From the NCBI GenBank assembly GCA_963711325.1, contig CAVQDR010000004.1, forward strand, positions 762,124 through 826,123: a stretch of 64,000 bases of DNA. Direction: 5' to 3'. Shown here one piece after another: positions 39,744-49,249 of this stretch (positions are counted from its first letter, which is position 1; each line of letters opens with the position of its first letter). Source of the stretch: an uncultured Acidobacteriota bacterium (GTDB lineage Bacteria > Acidobacteriota > Terriglobia > Acidiferrales > UBA7541). The position numbers and the translations under genes are program-made. A model generated the notes under the pieces. The model was given only the letters and a program-made list of their open reading frames with translations. It was not told where the DNA came from and searched no databases.

Positions 39744-39820
39744 ACGTTTTCGGCGGCCTGCATCGCTGAGGTGCGCCCGCGCATCCAACAGCAACCTTCG
39801 AGAAAAAAAAGGAGACGCTC

Positions 39821-40675
39821 ATGCCCTACGTCACAGTCGGAAAAGAAAATGGCGCCAACATCGACCTCTATTACAAAGACTGGGGCACCGGTCAGCCCGT
39901 CGTGTTCAGCCACGGCTGGCCTCTCGATGCAGACGCTTTCGAAGACCAGATGCTCTTCCTCTCCGCTAACGGTTATCGTTGCATCGCGCACGACCGCCGG
40001 GGTCACGGCCGCTCGAGCCAAACCTGGGAAGGCAATGAAATGAACGCCTACGCCGACGATCTCGCCGCCCTCACCAAAGCTCTCGATCTTAAGGACGCGA
40101 TTCACGTCGGCCATTCCACCGGTGGCGGCGAAGTCGCCCGCTACATCGGCCGCCACGGCTCTGCCCGCGTCGCCAAAACCGTGCTGATCAGCGCCGTTCC
40201 GCCGCTTATGCTCAAGACCGACGCCAATCCGCTCGGGCTTCCGCTCTCCGCGTTCGACCAGCTTCGCACTGCTGTTCAGGCCGACCGCGCGCAATTCTTC
40301 AAAGATCTCAGCGCCCCCTTCTACGGCGCGAATCGCCCGGGCAACGCCGTCACGCAAGGTCTGCGCGATTCTTTCTACGCCCAGGGCATGCTGTCCTCGA
40401 TCAAAGCGTCTTACGACTGCATCAAGGCCTTCTCCGAAACCGATTTCACCGAAGACCTGAAAAAATTCGACAAGTCCACTCTCATCCTCCATGGCGATGA
40501 CGATCAAATCGTTCCCATCGTTGCCGCCGGAAATCTCTCGTCCAAACTCGTCAAGGGTGCAATCTTCAAAGTCTATCCGGGCGCGCCCCACGGCATGTGC
40601 TCGACCCTGAAAGATAAAATCAACGCGGACCTGCTCGCCTTTTTCAAAGGCGCCACCACCTCAGCTTCGGCGTAA
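39821..40675 (+). CDS. Non-heme chloroperoxidase / arylesterase-type alpha/beta hydrolase
   Basis: AGGAG RBS. Near-textbook pattern [35 protein letters not shown]...[15 protein letters not shown]...[14 protein letters not shown]...[11 protein letters not shown]...GAPHG. Confidence 0.88.
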   Translation: MPYVTVGKENGANIDLYYKDWGTGQPVVFSHGWPLDADAFEDQMLFLSANGYRCIAHDRRGHGRSSQTWEGNEMNAYADDLAALTKALDLKDAIHVGHSTGGGEVARYIGRHGSARVAKTVLISAVPPLMLKTDANPLGLPLSAFDQLRTAVQADRAQFFKDLSAPFYGANRPGNAVTQGLRDSFYAQGMLSSIKASYDCIKAFSETDFTEDLKKFDKSTLILHGDDDQIVPIVAAGNLSSKLVKGAIFKVYPGAPHGMCSTLKDKINADLLAFFKGATTSASA

Positions 40676-40820
40676 CCGAGATGAAGTCGCAACAGAAGTT
40701 TGAAATCTCAGCGCGGCCCGCTCCAGGGAAGGCGAGCTAACCGACGGGTTAACTCGCCGCTCCCCACCTCGCGTGCCATGAAATGTTTTCAGATCGGGTT
40801 TCAACTCGGAGGAATTGCAA

Positions 40821-41861
40821 ATGCTCACGCCGGAAGCAAAAACCACTTCAAATTCTCGTCGTAGTTTTCTCACCGCCGCCGGAGTCGGAGTCGGAGCCGC
40901 TGCTGCCGCGGGGCTTCTCGCGCCGGGCCGTCTTCTCGCCAAAGAAAACGACACCGTCGTGCATCCGCTGGTCCCCGCCGCCGATTCCTCCGCCACGATT
41001 CATTACAAAACCGCCCGCATCAACGACCTCGATATTTTTTATCGCGAAGCGGGTCCGCAGGACGCGCCAGTCATCCTTCTCCTCCACGGTTTTCCCACTT
41101 CCTCCAACATGTTTCGCAATTTGATCCCGCGCCTCGCCGGCTCCTATCACGTCATCGCGCCCGATTATCCGGGCTACGGCCAGAGCAGCATGCCGGACCA
41201 CAAAACTTACGCGTACACCTTCGCCAACTTCGCCACTGTCGTCGACCAGCTCCTCATCCAGCTCAACCTTCCGAAATATTCCATGTACGTCATGGATTAT
41301 GGCGCGCCCACCGGCTACCGCCTCGCCCTCAAGCATCCCGAACGCGTCCAGGCCTTGATCATTCAAAACGGAAACGCCTATACCGAAGGTCTCCTCAAAT
41401 TTTGGGATCCGTTCCGCGCCTATTGGGCCAGCCCCACTCCCGAAACTCGCGAAAAAATGCGCGGCCTTCTCGACGCCAAATCCACTCGCTGGCAATACGA
41501 GCACGGCGTCAGCGATCTGACTCTGCTCGATCCCACCACTTGGCTCGTCGATCAGTACGGCATGGACCGTCCGGGCAACCAAGATATTCAGCTCGACTTG
41601 TTCCTCGACTACGGCACCAACGTACCGCTCTATCCCGATTTCCAGGCCTTCTTCCGCAAATATCAACCGCCCGCCCTCATCGTTTGGGGCAAAAATGATT
41701 TCATCTTTCCGCCCGAAGGCGCTGCCCCCTACAACCGCGACCTAAAAAATGTCGAAACGCACCTGCTCGACACCGGCCACTTCGCGCTAGAGACCCACGG
41801 CCAGGAAATTTCCGACCGCATATCGGCCTTCTTCGCCAAAAACAAAATCACCCGCTCGTAG
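40821..41861 (+). CDS. Tat-exported alpha/beta hydrolase (epoxide-hydrolase/dehalogenase-like, Asp nucleophile)
   Basis: GGAGG RBS 8 nt before ATG 40821. Twin-arginine signal SRRSFLTAAGVGVGAAAA. LLLHGFPTSSNMF. MDYGAP at the nucleophile elbow. Confidence 0.8.
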   Translation: MLTPEAKTTSNSRRSFLTAAGVGVGAAAAAGLLAPGRLLAKENDTVVHPLVPAADSSATIHYKTARINDLDIFYREAGPQDAPVILLLHGFPTSSNMFRNLIPRLAGSYHVIAPDYPGYGQSSMPDHKTYAYTFANFATVVDQLLIQLNLPKYSMYVMDYGAPTGYRLALKHPERVQALIIQNGNAYTEGLLKFWDPFRAYWASPTPETREKMRGLLDAKSTRWQYEHGVSDLTLLDPTTWLVDQYGMDRPGNQDIQLDLFLDYGTNVPLYPDFQAFFRKYQPPALIVWGKNDFIFPPEGAAPYNRDLKNVETHLLDTGHFALETHGQEISDRISAFFAKNKITRS

Positions 41862-41965
41862 TGGGATAGGCTCTCAGCCTGTCTGCACCCCGCTCTCAGC
41901 GGGGTGTGCCTTCCGCGGCAGTCAACACCGAAGCGACGAAGGACGTCCTTCTTCGGAACCGAAAC

Positions 41966-42031
41966 TACCGCCCCACGCCGCCCAATACTCTCCGTGTCCT
42001 CTGGCCTTTCTCTGTGCTCTCTGTGTTAAAA
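41966..42031. repeat. REP-like element, family C (copy 1)
   Basis: ccgcccaa...ctccgtgtcctctggcctttctctgtgctctctgtgttaaaac, similar to 62277..62340 (...cttcgtgttctctctttcgcttttctctgtgtcctctgtgttaaat). Confidence 0.65.
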
Positions 42032-42091
42032 CTTTTCCCTCTCACGAACCACTCCCACTCGATCCGCTTCTCCTACCCCCATGTCCTTCCG

Positions 42092-42160
42092 CCCAAACCG
42101 CCCTTGGCCGTCATCCAGAGGAGCGCACTTTGCGACGAAGGATCTTCTTCTTGCCCGGCC
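42092..42160. repeat. REP-like element, family B (copy 2)
   Basis: See 13390..13458. 63/69 identical in the same orientation. It generates the spurious N-terminal extension of ORF 42081..42815. Confidence 0.8.
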
Positions 42161-42251
42161 CTCAACCCACCGCCTAGCGCGTAGGTGCGAGAAAATCTCT
42201 CCTCCGCCGAGAAAACCTGAAACCTCCCACGCTCCAGGCAGTCCAATCCTT

Positions 42252-42815
42252 ATGTTCGATTCTTACGGAAGATGGATCAGTGAGAGGGAACTGCGTCGTC
42301 GCTCCAGCGAATTGGCCATCCGCGCCCCGGTATTTATCGCCGTCCTCATTTTCGGAATCGCCATCTATCTGTTTGCAGCCCACGGTTCCGCGCATGCGAA
42401 AAAAATTAACGGAGTAAATATGCCGCCCACACCAACCAACGGCCTCGTCTCCAAGAAAAGTAATCACTCCGTCGACGAAACCGTCGCCAAACTCCAGTCC
42501 ATCCTGCAGGCCAAAGGCGTGAAACTCTTCGCCGTCGTCGACCATTCGGGCGAAGCGCAACAGGCCGGCCTCACCATGCCTCCCACCAAGCTGCTGATCT
42601 TCGGAAATCCCAAAGCCGGGACGCCCATCATGCTCGCTTCGCCCAGCGCCGCCATCGACCTGCCGCTGAAAATTCTCGTCTATCAGGATAAAGACGGCGC
42701 CGTCTGGATCTCCTACAACTCCGCCGAATACCTGCAGCAACGCCACAGTTTTCCGCAGGATTTAATGCCCAATGTCGCCGTTGTGGATGCCTTGGCCGCG
42801 AAAGCCGCCGAATAG
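42252..42815 (+). CDS. DUF302 domain protein with N-terminal membrane anchor
   Basis: DUF302 core (VDETVAKLQSILQAKGVKLFAVVDHSGEAQQAGLTMPPTKLLIFGNPKAGTPIM...DLPLKILVYQD). Start ATG 42252 (TM-anchored form) or ATG 42421 (soluble form). Confidence 0.75.
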   Translation: MFDSYGRWISERELRRRSSELAIRAPVFIAVLIFGIAIYLFAAHGSAHAKKINGVNMPPTPTNGLVSKKSNHSVDETVAKLQSILQAKGVKLFAVVDHSGEAQQAGLTMPPTKLLIFGNPKAGTPIMLASPSAAIDLPLKILVYQDKDGAVWISYNSAEYLQQRHSFPQDLMPNVAVVDALAAKAAE

Positions 42816-42853
42816 CGTTAGCGCATCCCAACAAATCTGAAGGAGAAATAAAA

Positions 42854-43747
42854 ATGAGCACCGCGCCCGCTAGACAAAATCCAGAAAATTCTCCCGCAGC
42901 AAAATCCGGCACCTTCCAGATCGCCGGCGAGATACCCATCTATCGCCTCGGTTACGGAGCCATGCGCATCACCGGTGACGGAATCTGGGGCGAACCGAAA
43001 GCCCGTCCCGAAGCCATCAAAGTTCTCCGTCGCGCCGTCGCCCTCGGCATCAACTTCATCGACACCGCCGATTCCTACGGCCCCGGCGTCAGCGAAGAAA
43101 TCATCGCCGAAGCTCTCTACCCTTATCCGCAAGGCCTGGTCATCGCCACCAAAGCGGGCTTCGATCGCACCGGCCCCGACAAATGGGTCATGAACGGCGA
43201 TCCCCAACACTTGCGCGAAGCCTGCGAAGCCAGCCTCAAACGCCTCCGCCTCGAAAGCATCGACCTATTTCAATTGCACCGCATCGATTCCAAATTTCCC
43301 GCCGCTGATCAACTCGGCACCCTGAAAGATCTCCAGCAGCAGGGGAAAATCAAACACATCGGCCTCAGCGAAGTCACCGCCACTCAAATCGCCGACTCCC
43401 GCAAAATCGTCCCCATCGTCACCGTCCAGAACAAATACAGCGTCGTCGACCGCGCCGCCGAAGACGTCCTCGACTACTGCCAGCGCGAAAATATCGGCTT
43501 CATCCCCTGGTTTCCCCTAGCCGCCGGAAAAATTTCCGCCGCCGGCAACAAACTCGAAAAAATCGCCGCGCGCCTCAACGTCTCTTCATCGCAACTCGCG
43601 CTCGCGTGGCTGCTCCAGCGTTCCAAAGTCATGCTGCCCATTCCCGGCACTTCCCAACTCGCTCATCTCGAAGAAAACGTCGCCGCCGCAGCCATCACTC
43701 TCGACGCCCAAACCGTGCAGGAACTCGACAACCTCTCCCCAAAATGA
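42854..43747 (+). CDS. Aldo/keto reductase
   Basis: AGGAG RBS. LGYGAMRITG...INFIDTADSYGPGVSEEIIAEAL...GLSEV...IPGTSQLAHLEEN are AKR signatures. Confidence 0.9.
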   Translation: MSTAPARQNPENSPAAKSGTFQIAGEIPIYRLGYGAMRITGDGIWGEPKARPEAIKVLRRAVALGINFIDTADSYGPGVSEEIIAEALYPYPQGLVIATKAGFDRTGPDKWVMNGDPQHLREACEASLKRLRLESIDLFQLHRIDSKFPAADQLGTLKDLQQQGKIKHIGLSEVTATQIADSRKIVPIVTVQNKYSVVDRAAEDVLDYCQRENIGFIPWFPLAAGKISAAGNKLEKIAARLNVSSSQLALAWLLQRSKVMLPIPGTSQLAHLEENVAAAAITLDAQTVQELDNLSPK

Positions 43748-43913
43748 TCGCGTGCTCCGGATGCCGCGCTCCGCGTGCTTTTTTTCTCAGCTGAACGCCC
43801 GGGGTTGGTGCGCCTCTCCAAGACCGGACCTGCGCCTCGCGCTGCCTGGACGCCTTTCGGGTTTCCCCTCACTCCGCTAAAATACCCACTCCAAAAGGAG
43901 CCTCCACTCGCCA

Positions 43914-44441
43914 ATGTCCTTCACTGACGAAGTCCTCAAAGCCAACGAAAAATACGCCTCCCGTTACGATCCGTCCGTCTTTGCCGCGCCGCCCTCCCCC
44001 CAGCTGGCCGTTCTGGCCTGCATGGACGCGCGCATCACCGTCGAAGAAATCCTGGGCCTCAAATCCGGCGCCGCTCACATCATCCGCAATGCCGGCGGCA
44101 TTGCCACCGAAGACGCCCTCCGCTCCCTGATCATTTCTCATCACCTGCTCGGTACCCGGGAATTCATCGTCATCAATCACACCGATTGCGGCATGCTGAC
44201 TTTCGAAGACGACGATCTGCTCCGCAAACTCGAAGAAAAAACCGGCTCGGCCGCCGTTGCCCCCATCCACTTTCACGCCTTCAAAAATCTGGAAGACAAC
44301 GTCCGCCGCCAGGTCGCCCGCATCAGGCACCATCCCTATGTTCTCCACGTCCCGATCCGCGGTTTCATCTATGACGTAAAAACTGGCAAACTCAACGAAG
44401 TGAAAGATTCCAGCACCCACGCTGCCCCAAAAAAAGCCTGA
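43914..44441 (+). CDS. Beta-class carbonic anhydrase-like protein
   Basis: Zinc-ligand pattern CMDARI ... HTDCGM. 175 aa. Confidence 0.8.
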   Translation: MSFTDEVLKANEKYASRYDPSVFAAPPSPQLAVLACMDARITVEEILGLKSGAAHIIRNAGGIATEDALRSLIISHHLLGTREFIVINHTDCGMLTFEDDDLLRKLEEKTGSAAVAPIHFHAFKNLEDNVRRQVARIRHHPYVLHVPIRGFIYDVKTGKLNEVKDSSTHAAPKKA

Positions 44442-44511
44442 TCTCCCTCCGCGCCCGCATCGCCCCGATTCACATTGCGCCCTCCTCCGCGCTGTGCCAT
44501 AAACTCGCCCA

Positions 44512-46395
44512 GTGATTTTCACTCTTCTCGATTGGTCCGCGATCCTCGCCTATCTCGCCATCACCCTTCTGCTCGGACTTTATTTCCGCCGCAGCGCCAC
44601 CAAAAATTCTGAAGCCTATTTCGTCTCCAGCCGTAACGCCTCCTGGTGGCTCGCCGGAACGTCCATGGTCGCCACCACTTTCGCCGCCGATACTCCTCTC
44701 CTCGTCGCCGGCTTGGTCTACACCCAGGGCATAGCAGGGAACTGGATCTGGTGGGCTTTTCTTCCGTCAGGCATGATGACCGTTTTTCTTTTCGCGCGAC
44801 TCTGGCGCCGCTCCGGCCTCATGACCGACGTCCAATTCGCCGAGATGCGCTACTCCGGCAAACCTGCCGCCTTCCTCCGAGGCTTCCGCGCCATCTATCT
44901 CGGTCTGCTCATGAATTGCCTGATTCTCGGCTGGGTCACCAAAGCCATGATCAATATCGTCGGCACCACGCTCGGACCGACCATGCAAACCTGGAATTTC
45001 CTCGCCACGTTTTCGAATTTCCTCACCAAAATTTTCGGCCCGACATTTTCCGGCATCGACGGCTACGCCCTCATCGTCTGCATATTTTTTCTCATCCCTT
45101 TCACCGGAATTTATGTTTCGCTCGGCGGCCTTTCCGGCGTCCTCTGGACCGACCTCTTCCAGTTCGTCCTGAAAATGAGCATTGTCATCGCCATCGCTTT
45201 TTATTCCGTTCGCGCCGCCGGTGGCATGAATCACATGCTCACGCAAATCGCGGCATTGCGCGCCACCAACGGCGGCTCCGACCCGCTAGCCTTCCTTCCC
45301 GATTTTTCCAAAGGCTTCGCCAGTGACACTCTGTGGACTCTCCCCGTCATCACCTTCGCCGTCTATCTCGGCGTGCAGTGGTGGGCCTTCTGGTATCCCG
45401 GCTCCGAACCCGGAGGAGGCGGTTACGTGGCCCAAAGAATTTTCAGCGCCCGCGACGAACGCCAGGGCCTGCTCTCCGTCCTCTGGTTCAACATCGCCCA
45501 CTTCGCTCTGCGGCCCTGGCCCTGGATTCTCACCGCGCTCGCCGCCATCATTCTCTATCCCGGCCTCCAGCATCCCGAATCCAGTTACATGCTCATGGTC
45601 AATGAACATGTTCCCCACGCCTTCCGCGGAATCATCATGGCCGGCTTCCTCGCCGCCTTCATGTCCACCATCGCCACCCAACTCAACTGGGGCTCGTCCT
45701 ACATCGTCGAAGATTTTTACCGCCGCTTTCTCGTTCGCGGCGCCACCGAACGCCACTACGTCCGCGTTTCCCAGATCGCCACCATCCTGCTCGTCTTCGC
45801 CACCGGATACGTTTCCGCCCAGCTCGCCTCCATCCGTTCCGGCTGGCAAGTCGTCCTCCAGGTCGGCGCCGGCACCGGCAGCGTCTACATGCTTCGCTGG
45901 TATTGGTGGCGCATCAACGCCTGGAGCGAAATCTCCGCCATGATCACCGCGCTCGTCGCCACCATCGTCTTCAACTCCGAATCTTTAGCCCAAGCTCTAG
46001 TCAGCCGCCCAACGCTATTCACCGGCTCCGACACCGTCCTCTTCGCCAAAAATATTCTAGCCACCACCGCTCTCACCACCGCCGTCTGGGTCGCCACCAC
46101 TTTCCTCACCGCCCAGGAACCCAACAGCATCCTCGTCTCGTTCTACAAAAAAGTTATGCCCGACGTAACCGGCTGGAAGCCCATCGCCGCCCTGGCCCCA
46201 GAAATCCCGCGCACCCGCGACCTGGCCCGCAATCTCTGGTGCTGGCTCCTCGGCACCGTAATGGTCTACAGCGCCCTCTTCGGCGTAGGCAAACTCCTCT
46301 TCCACGTCTACCCCCTAGGCGCCGCCCTCGTAGCCCTATCCACCCTCTGCGCCTGGCGCATGCATCACGAACTCCAGCTCGACTCCCTCCGCTGA
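44512..46395 (+). CDS. Sodium:solute symporter (SSS) family transporter
   Basis: 627 aa, about 13-14 TM. N-terminal AYFVSSRNASWWLAGTSMVATTFAADTPL is typical of SSF transporters. Confidence 0.85.
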   Translation: MIFTLLDWSAILAYLAITLLLGLYFRRSATKNSEAYFVSSRNASWWLAGTSMVATTFAADTPLLVAGLVYTQGIAGNWIWWAFLPSGMMTVFLFARLWRRSGLMTDVQFAEMRYSGKPAAFLRGFRAIYLGLLMNCLILGWVTKAMINIVGTTLGPTMQTWNFLATFSNFLTKIFGPTFSGIDGYALIVCIFFLIPFTGIYVSLGGLSGVLWTDLFQFVLKMSIVIAIAFYSVRAAGGMNHMLTQIAALRATNGGSDPLAFLPDFSKGFASDTLWTLPVITFAVYLGVQWWAFWYPGSEPGGGGYVAQRIFSARDERQGLLSVLWFNIAHFALRPWPWILTALAAIILYPGLQHPESSYMLMVNEHVPHAFRGIIMAGFLAAFMSTIATQLNWGSSYIVEDFYRRFLVRGATERHYVRVSQIATILLVFATGYVSAQLASIRSGWQVVLQVGAGTGSVYMLRWYWWRINAWSEISAMITALVATIVFNSESLAQALVSRPTLFTGSDTVLFAKNILATTALTTAVWVATTFLTAQEPNSILVSFYKKVMPDVTGWKPIAALAPEIPRTRDLARNLWCWLLGTVMVYSALFGVGKLLFHVYPLGAALVALSTLCAWRMHHELQLDSLR

Positions 46396-46523
46396 ATCCT
46401 AATCTCCATTCTCCAGGTCGAACGCAGTTACTCGTTCTTCACTCCACTAGAAATCTATCTGCGTTCCGTGCCACACCTTGCCGTAAACTTTCACCCGCGC
46501 GATCAGGCGATCGCAACGGACCC

Positions 46524-49213
46524 ATGAAATCGAATCATTCTCGAAACGGACGTCGTTGGTTTGCCGCCGGCTTTTTGCTCCTTCTTTTTTCGCCGCTCAT
46601 CCTGGCCCAATCCAGCCCAGGCGATAACGACAGCACCCCGGACCCGCCCTCGGTCGTGCTTGACCTGCGAATCAATGACATCGGCCCCGCGGACGTCTAC
46701 GTTGATTACGATACAGTTCTCGAGAACAAATACAATTTTCCGCAGATGGCCTCGCACGCACTCGGCTGCCCGCTCGAAAACCTCAAGCTTTCGCGTGACG
46801 ACGTCGATCAATCGACTTCACTCGCAGCGCTCTGTCAGCTGCCGCTGAGCCGGTCGTTTTTCACCAAAGCAGGTGCCGTCGACCTTCGTGATTTTCGTTC
46901 CATGCACGATGCTGGTTCCGCGATCATGCTCGAGCTCAGTGTCCTCTCCCCTCACAACCAAACCGCCGCCTGCGATCCTGTTTCTGCGTTTACAAATGGG
47001 ACAACTCGAGCCAGGCTCCGCCCGCGGTTCGGTTCAACATCAACTATGGCCGCGCACTGATATTTCGAGCCCTCGCCGTCCTCGGTTTCTTGCTGCTGAT
47101 CCCGCTGGTGCTGACGTTCTGGTTTCGCCGTCGCGCCCTCGATGTTCCCGACCAGGCCAAACCCGCCCTGGTTTTCGCTTATCGCCGATTTCTCACTTGG
47201 ACCGCCCTTTTCGGATCACTCATTTGGTGGGCCGCCGCCGACCTCCTCCAAGCCGACCAGGTCGTCGCTTTTTTCTTGCGGGTTCCGCGGGGAATCAATC
47301 CCGCAGTTGCCGACTCTCTCCCGGTACTCTTTCTCATCCTGCTCCCCGCCACGGTTTATTTTCTGTGCCTTTGCCTTTCCTCGCCCATGCAAGCCCTGCG
47401 GGGCACCGTCCTCACCCGTCCGCAACTTGTGAATCGTTCTTTCTTGGCTGTGGGCCGCTTTGTCATCCCGATTCCCATGCTTTGGATCGGCTTCGCTGAA
47501 TTCGACAGCAGTCTGCGTCTGGGTGTGACCCTCGTCATCGCCGCCTTCGTTCTCTTCCGTTTCCTCAGCGTCAGATTTATGCGTGCCTATGGCATGGACC
47601 TCCACTCCCTGACCGCCGGCGAACTCCGCGATCGCGCCTTTGCCTTGGCCGCCAAAGCCAATACCAAACTGAATCAGCTTTACGTGCTGCCCATGTCCAG
47701 CCTCAGAATTGCCAACGCCTTTGCTCACAGCGCCCAAAATATTTTCTTGAGCGATTACCTGGTCGAAAGCATGTCCAAACGCGAAGTCGACGCTGTCGTC
47801 GCCCATGAAATCACTCATCTCCAAAAGAAACACAGCCACAAGCGCATGGCTTTGGTCTTCGTTTTCATCTTTGCCGTCGCCTTTGGCACGATCTATCTTC
47901 AGGACCGGGTGCCCTCGACTTTCCCCACCGGCCCCATCCTTTACGCCTTGCTCTTGCTCTCCCTCTTTTTCGTGTCCCGTCGCGATGAATTCACCGCCGA
48001 CGCCGGAGCCGCCACCATCACCGGCGATCCCGAAGCCATGATGACCGCTCTCGCCCGCCTCACTCGCCTGAACACCATGCCGCTGCAGTGGAGCAAGCTC
48101 GACGAAAAAGTTTTGTCTCATCCCTCCACCCTGCGCCGCATCCAGCGACTCGCCCGCGACGCCAACATCTCCGAAGCGCGCACCGAAGAAATCCTGGCGC
48201 AAGCTTTCGCTCCGCCACTGGAGAAATACGCGATCCCCGCGACAGCTCTCCCCGCAGGCAAGATTTTTTCCACGCGTTATAAATCAAGCACGAGCCGCCG
48301 GCTGGCCTTGGCCGTGATGCTGGTCTCCCCCCTAATTCCAGCTTCAGTCGCCTTGGCCGTTCAGTCGCGCGGCATCGACGGCGGTCTTCGCTGGCTCGTC
48401 TACCTCGTGGGAATTGTGCTCACCCTGACTGTCGACTTGGTCTTGCTCAACCGTGGTGCCATGCTCGGCTCGGCAAGTTTGGAACACCGCCTCCGCGAAA
48501 AACGAAAAGAGCAACAACCCTCCATTGACCCGGCCAGCGGCATATTCGTCAGCCTCGCCCCGGCTTCCACGCCTCGTCTTTACGAAAGCAATTGGGCCTG
48601 GGATATTGGCTTCGTTTCGTTGATTTCAAATCGCCTGGTCTACTGGGGTGAAGAGGCAGCGTTCAGTCTCGATCGGAATCAGATCACTTCGATTGCCCGC
48701 CGCCCCGGACCAAGCAGTTGGTTCGGTACCGATTCTCTTTACATTTCCTGGACTTCGTCCACGGGTCAGTCCGGAACCTTCAACATCCGCGCGATGCGCG
48801 GAAAATCACTGCGCGAAACCTGCAAACGAACCATGGCTCTCTTTCACGACTTGGAGAATTGGCGGATCGCCGGCGTCGCCACCGACTCCCCGGTTTACAC
48901 CGAAGCCGCGAATAATATTTCAAATCCGGGCGCACCCGCGTTCAGAGAAGTGACCAGCGCTTCGCCAGCCACCATATCGACCAGGCTGTTTCTTCGCGAT
49001 CTGTTGCTGAATTGGTTTCTCGCCCTGGCGGTGATCGTGATTTTTGGCCTCATGCAAGCCGACGGCCCTTCAGACCCAAATGCATTGCTACCCGGCTTGT
49101 ACGTGCTTCTTGTCGTCTGGCTCTCGCGAGTCCTCGTCTACGCTCCATTCTGGCTCGCCAGGAGGAAACACCAACCTGCTGAGGCGCCAATCGTAGCCGT
49201 CACCGGGAAATAG
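46524..49213 (+). CDS. Membrane M48-family (HtpX/Ste24-like) zinc metallopeptidase with N-terminal secreted domain and C-terminal PH-like domain; probably one gene split by a frameshift near 46985-46992
   Basis: ORF from ATG 46524 has a signal peptide. ORF 47090..49213 carries HEITHLQKKH (HExxH). The second frame is open back to 46892 with no start codon. It reads ...VYKWDNLSQAPPAVRFNINYGRALIFRALAVLGFLLLIPLVLTFWF, so TTG 47090 would bisect a TM helix. Confidence 0.7.
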
Positions 49214-49249
49214 TTTTGCGCGAACCCGGTTCACGCCTCGGCCCGGGTT

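Noticed and set aside
45903-46523. N-terminal 207 codons of track ORF 45903..47060
   Set aside because: This part overlaps the SSS transporter in another frame and is Arg/Pro/His-rich nonsense. Only the part from ATG 46524 (signal peptide) is credible.
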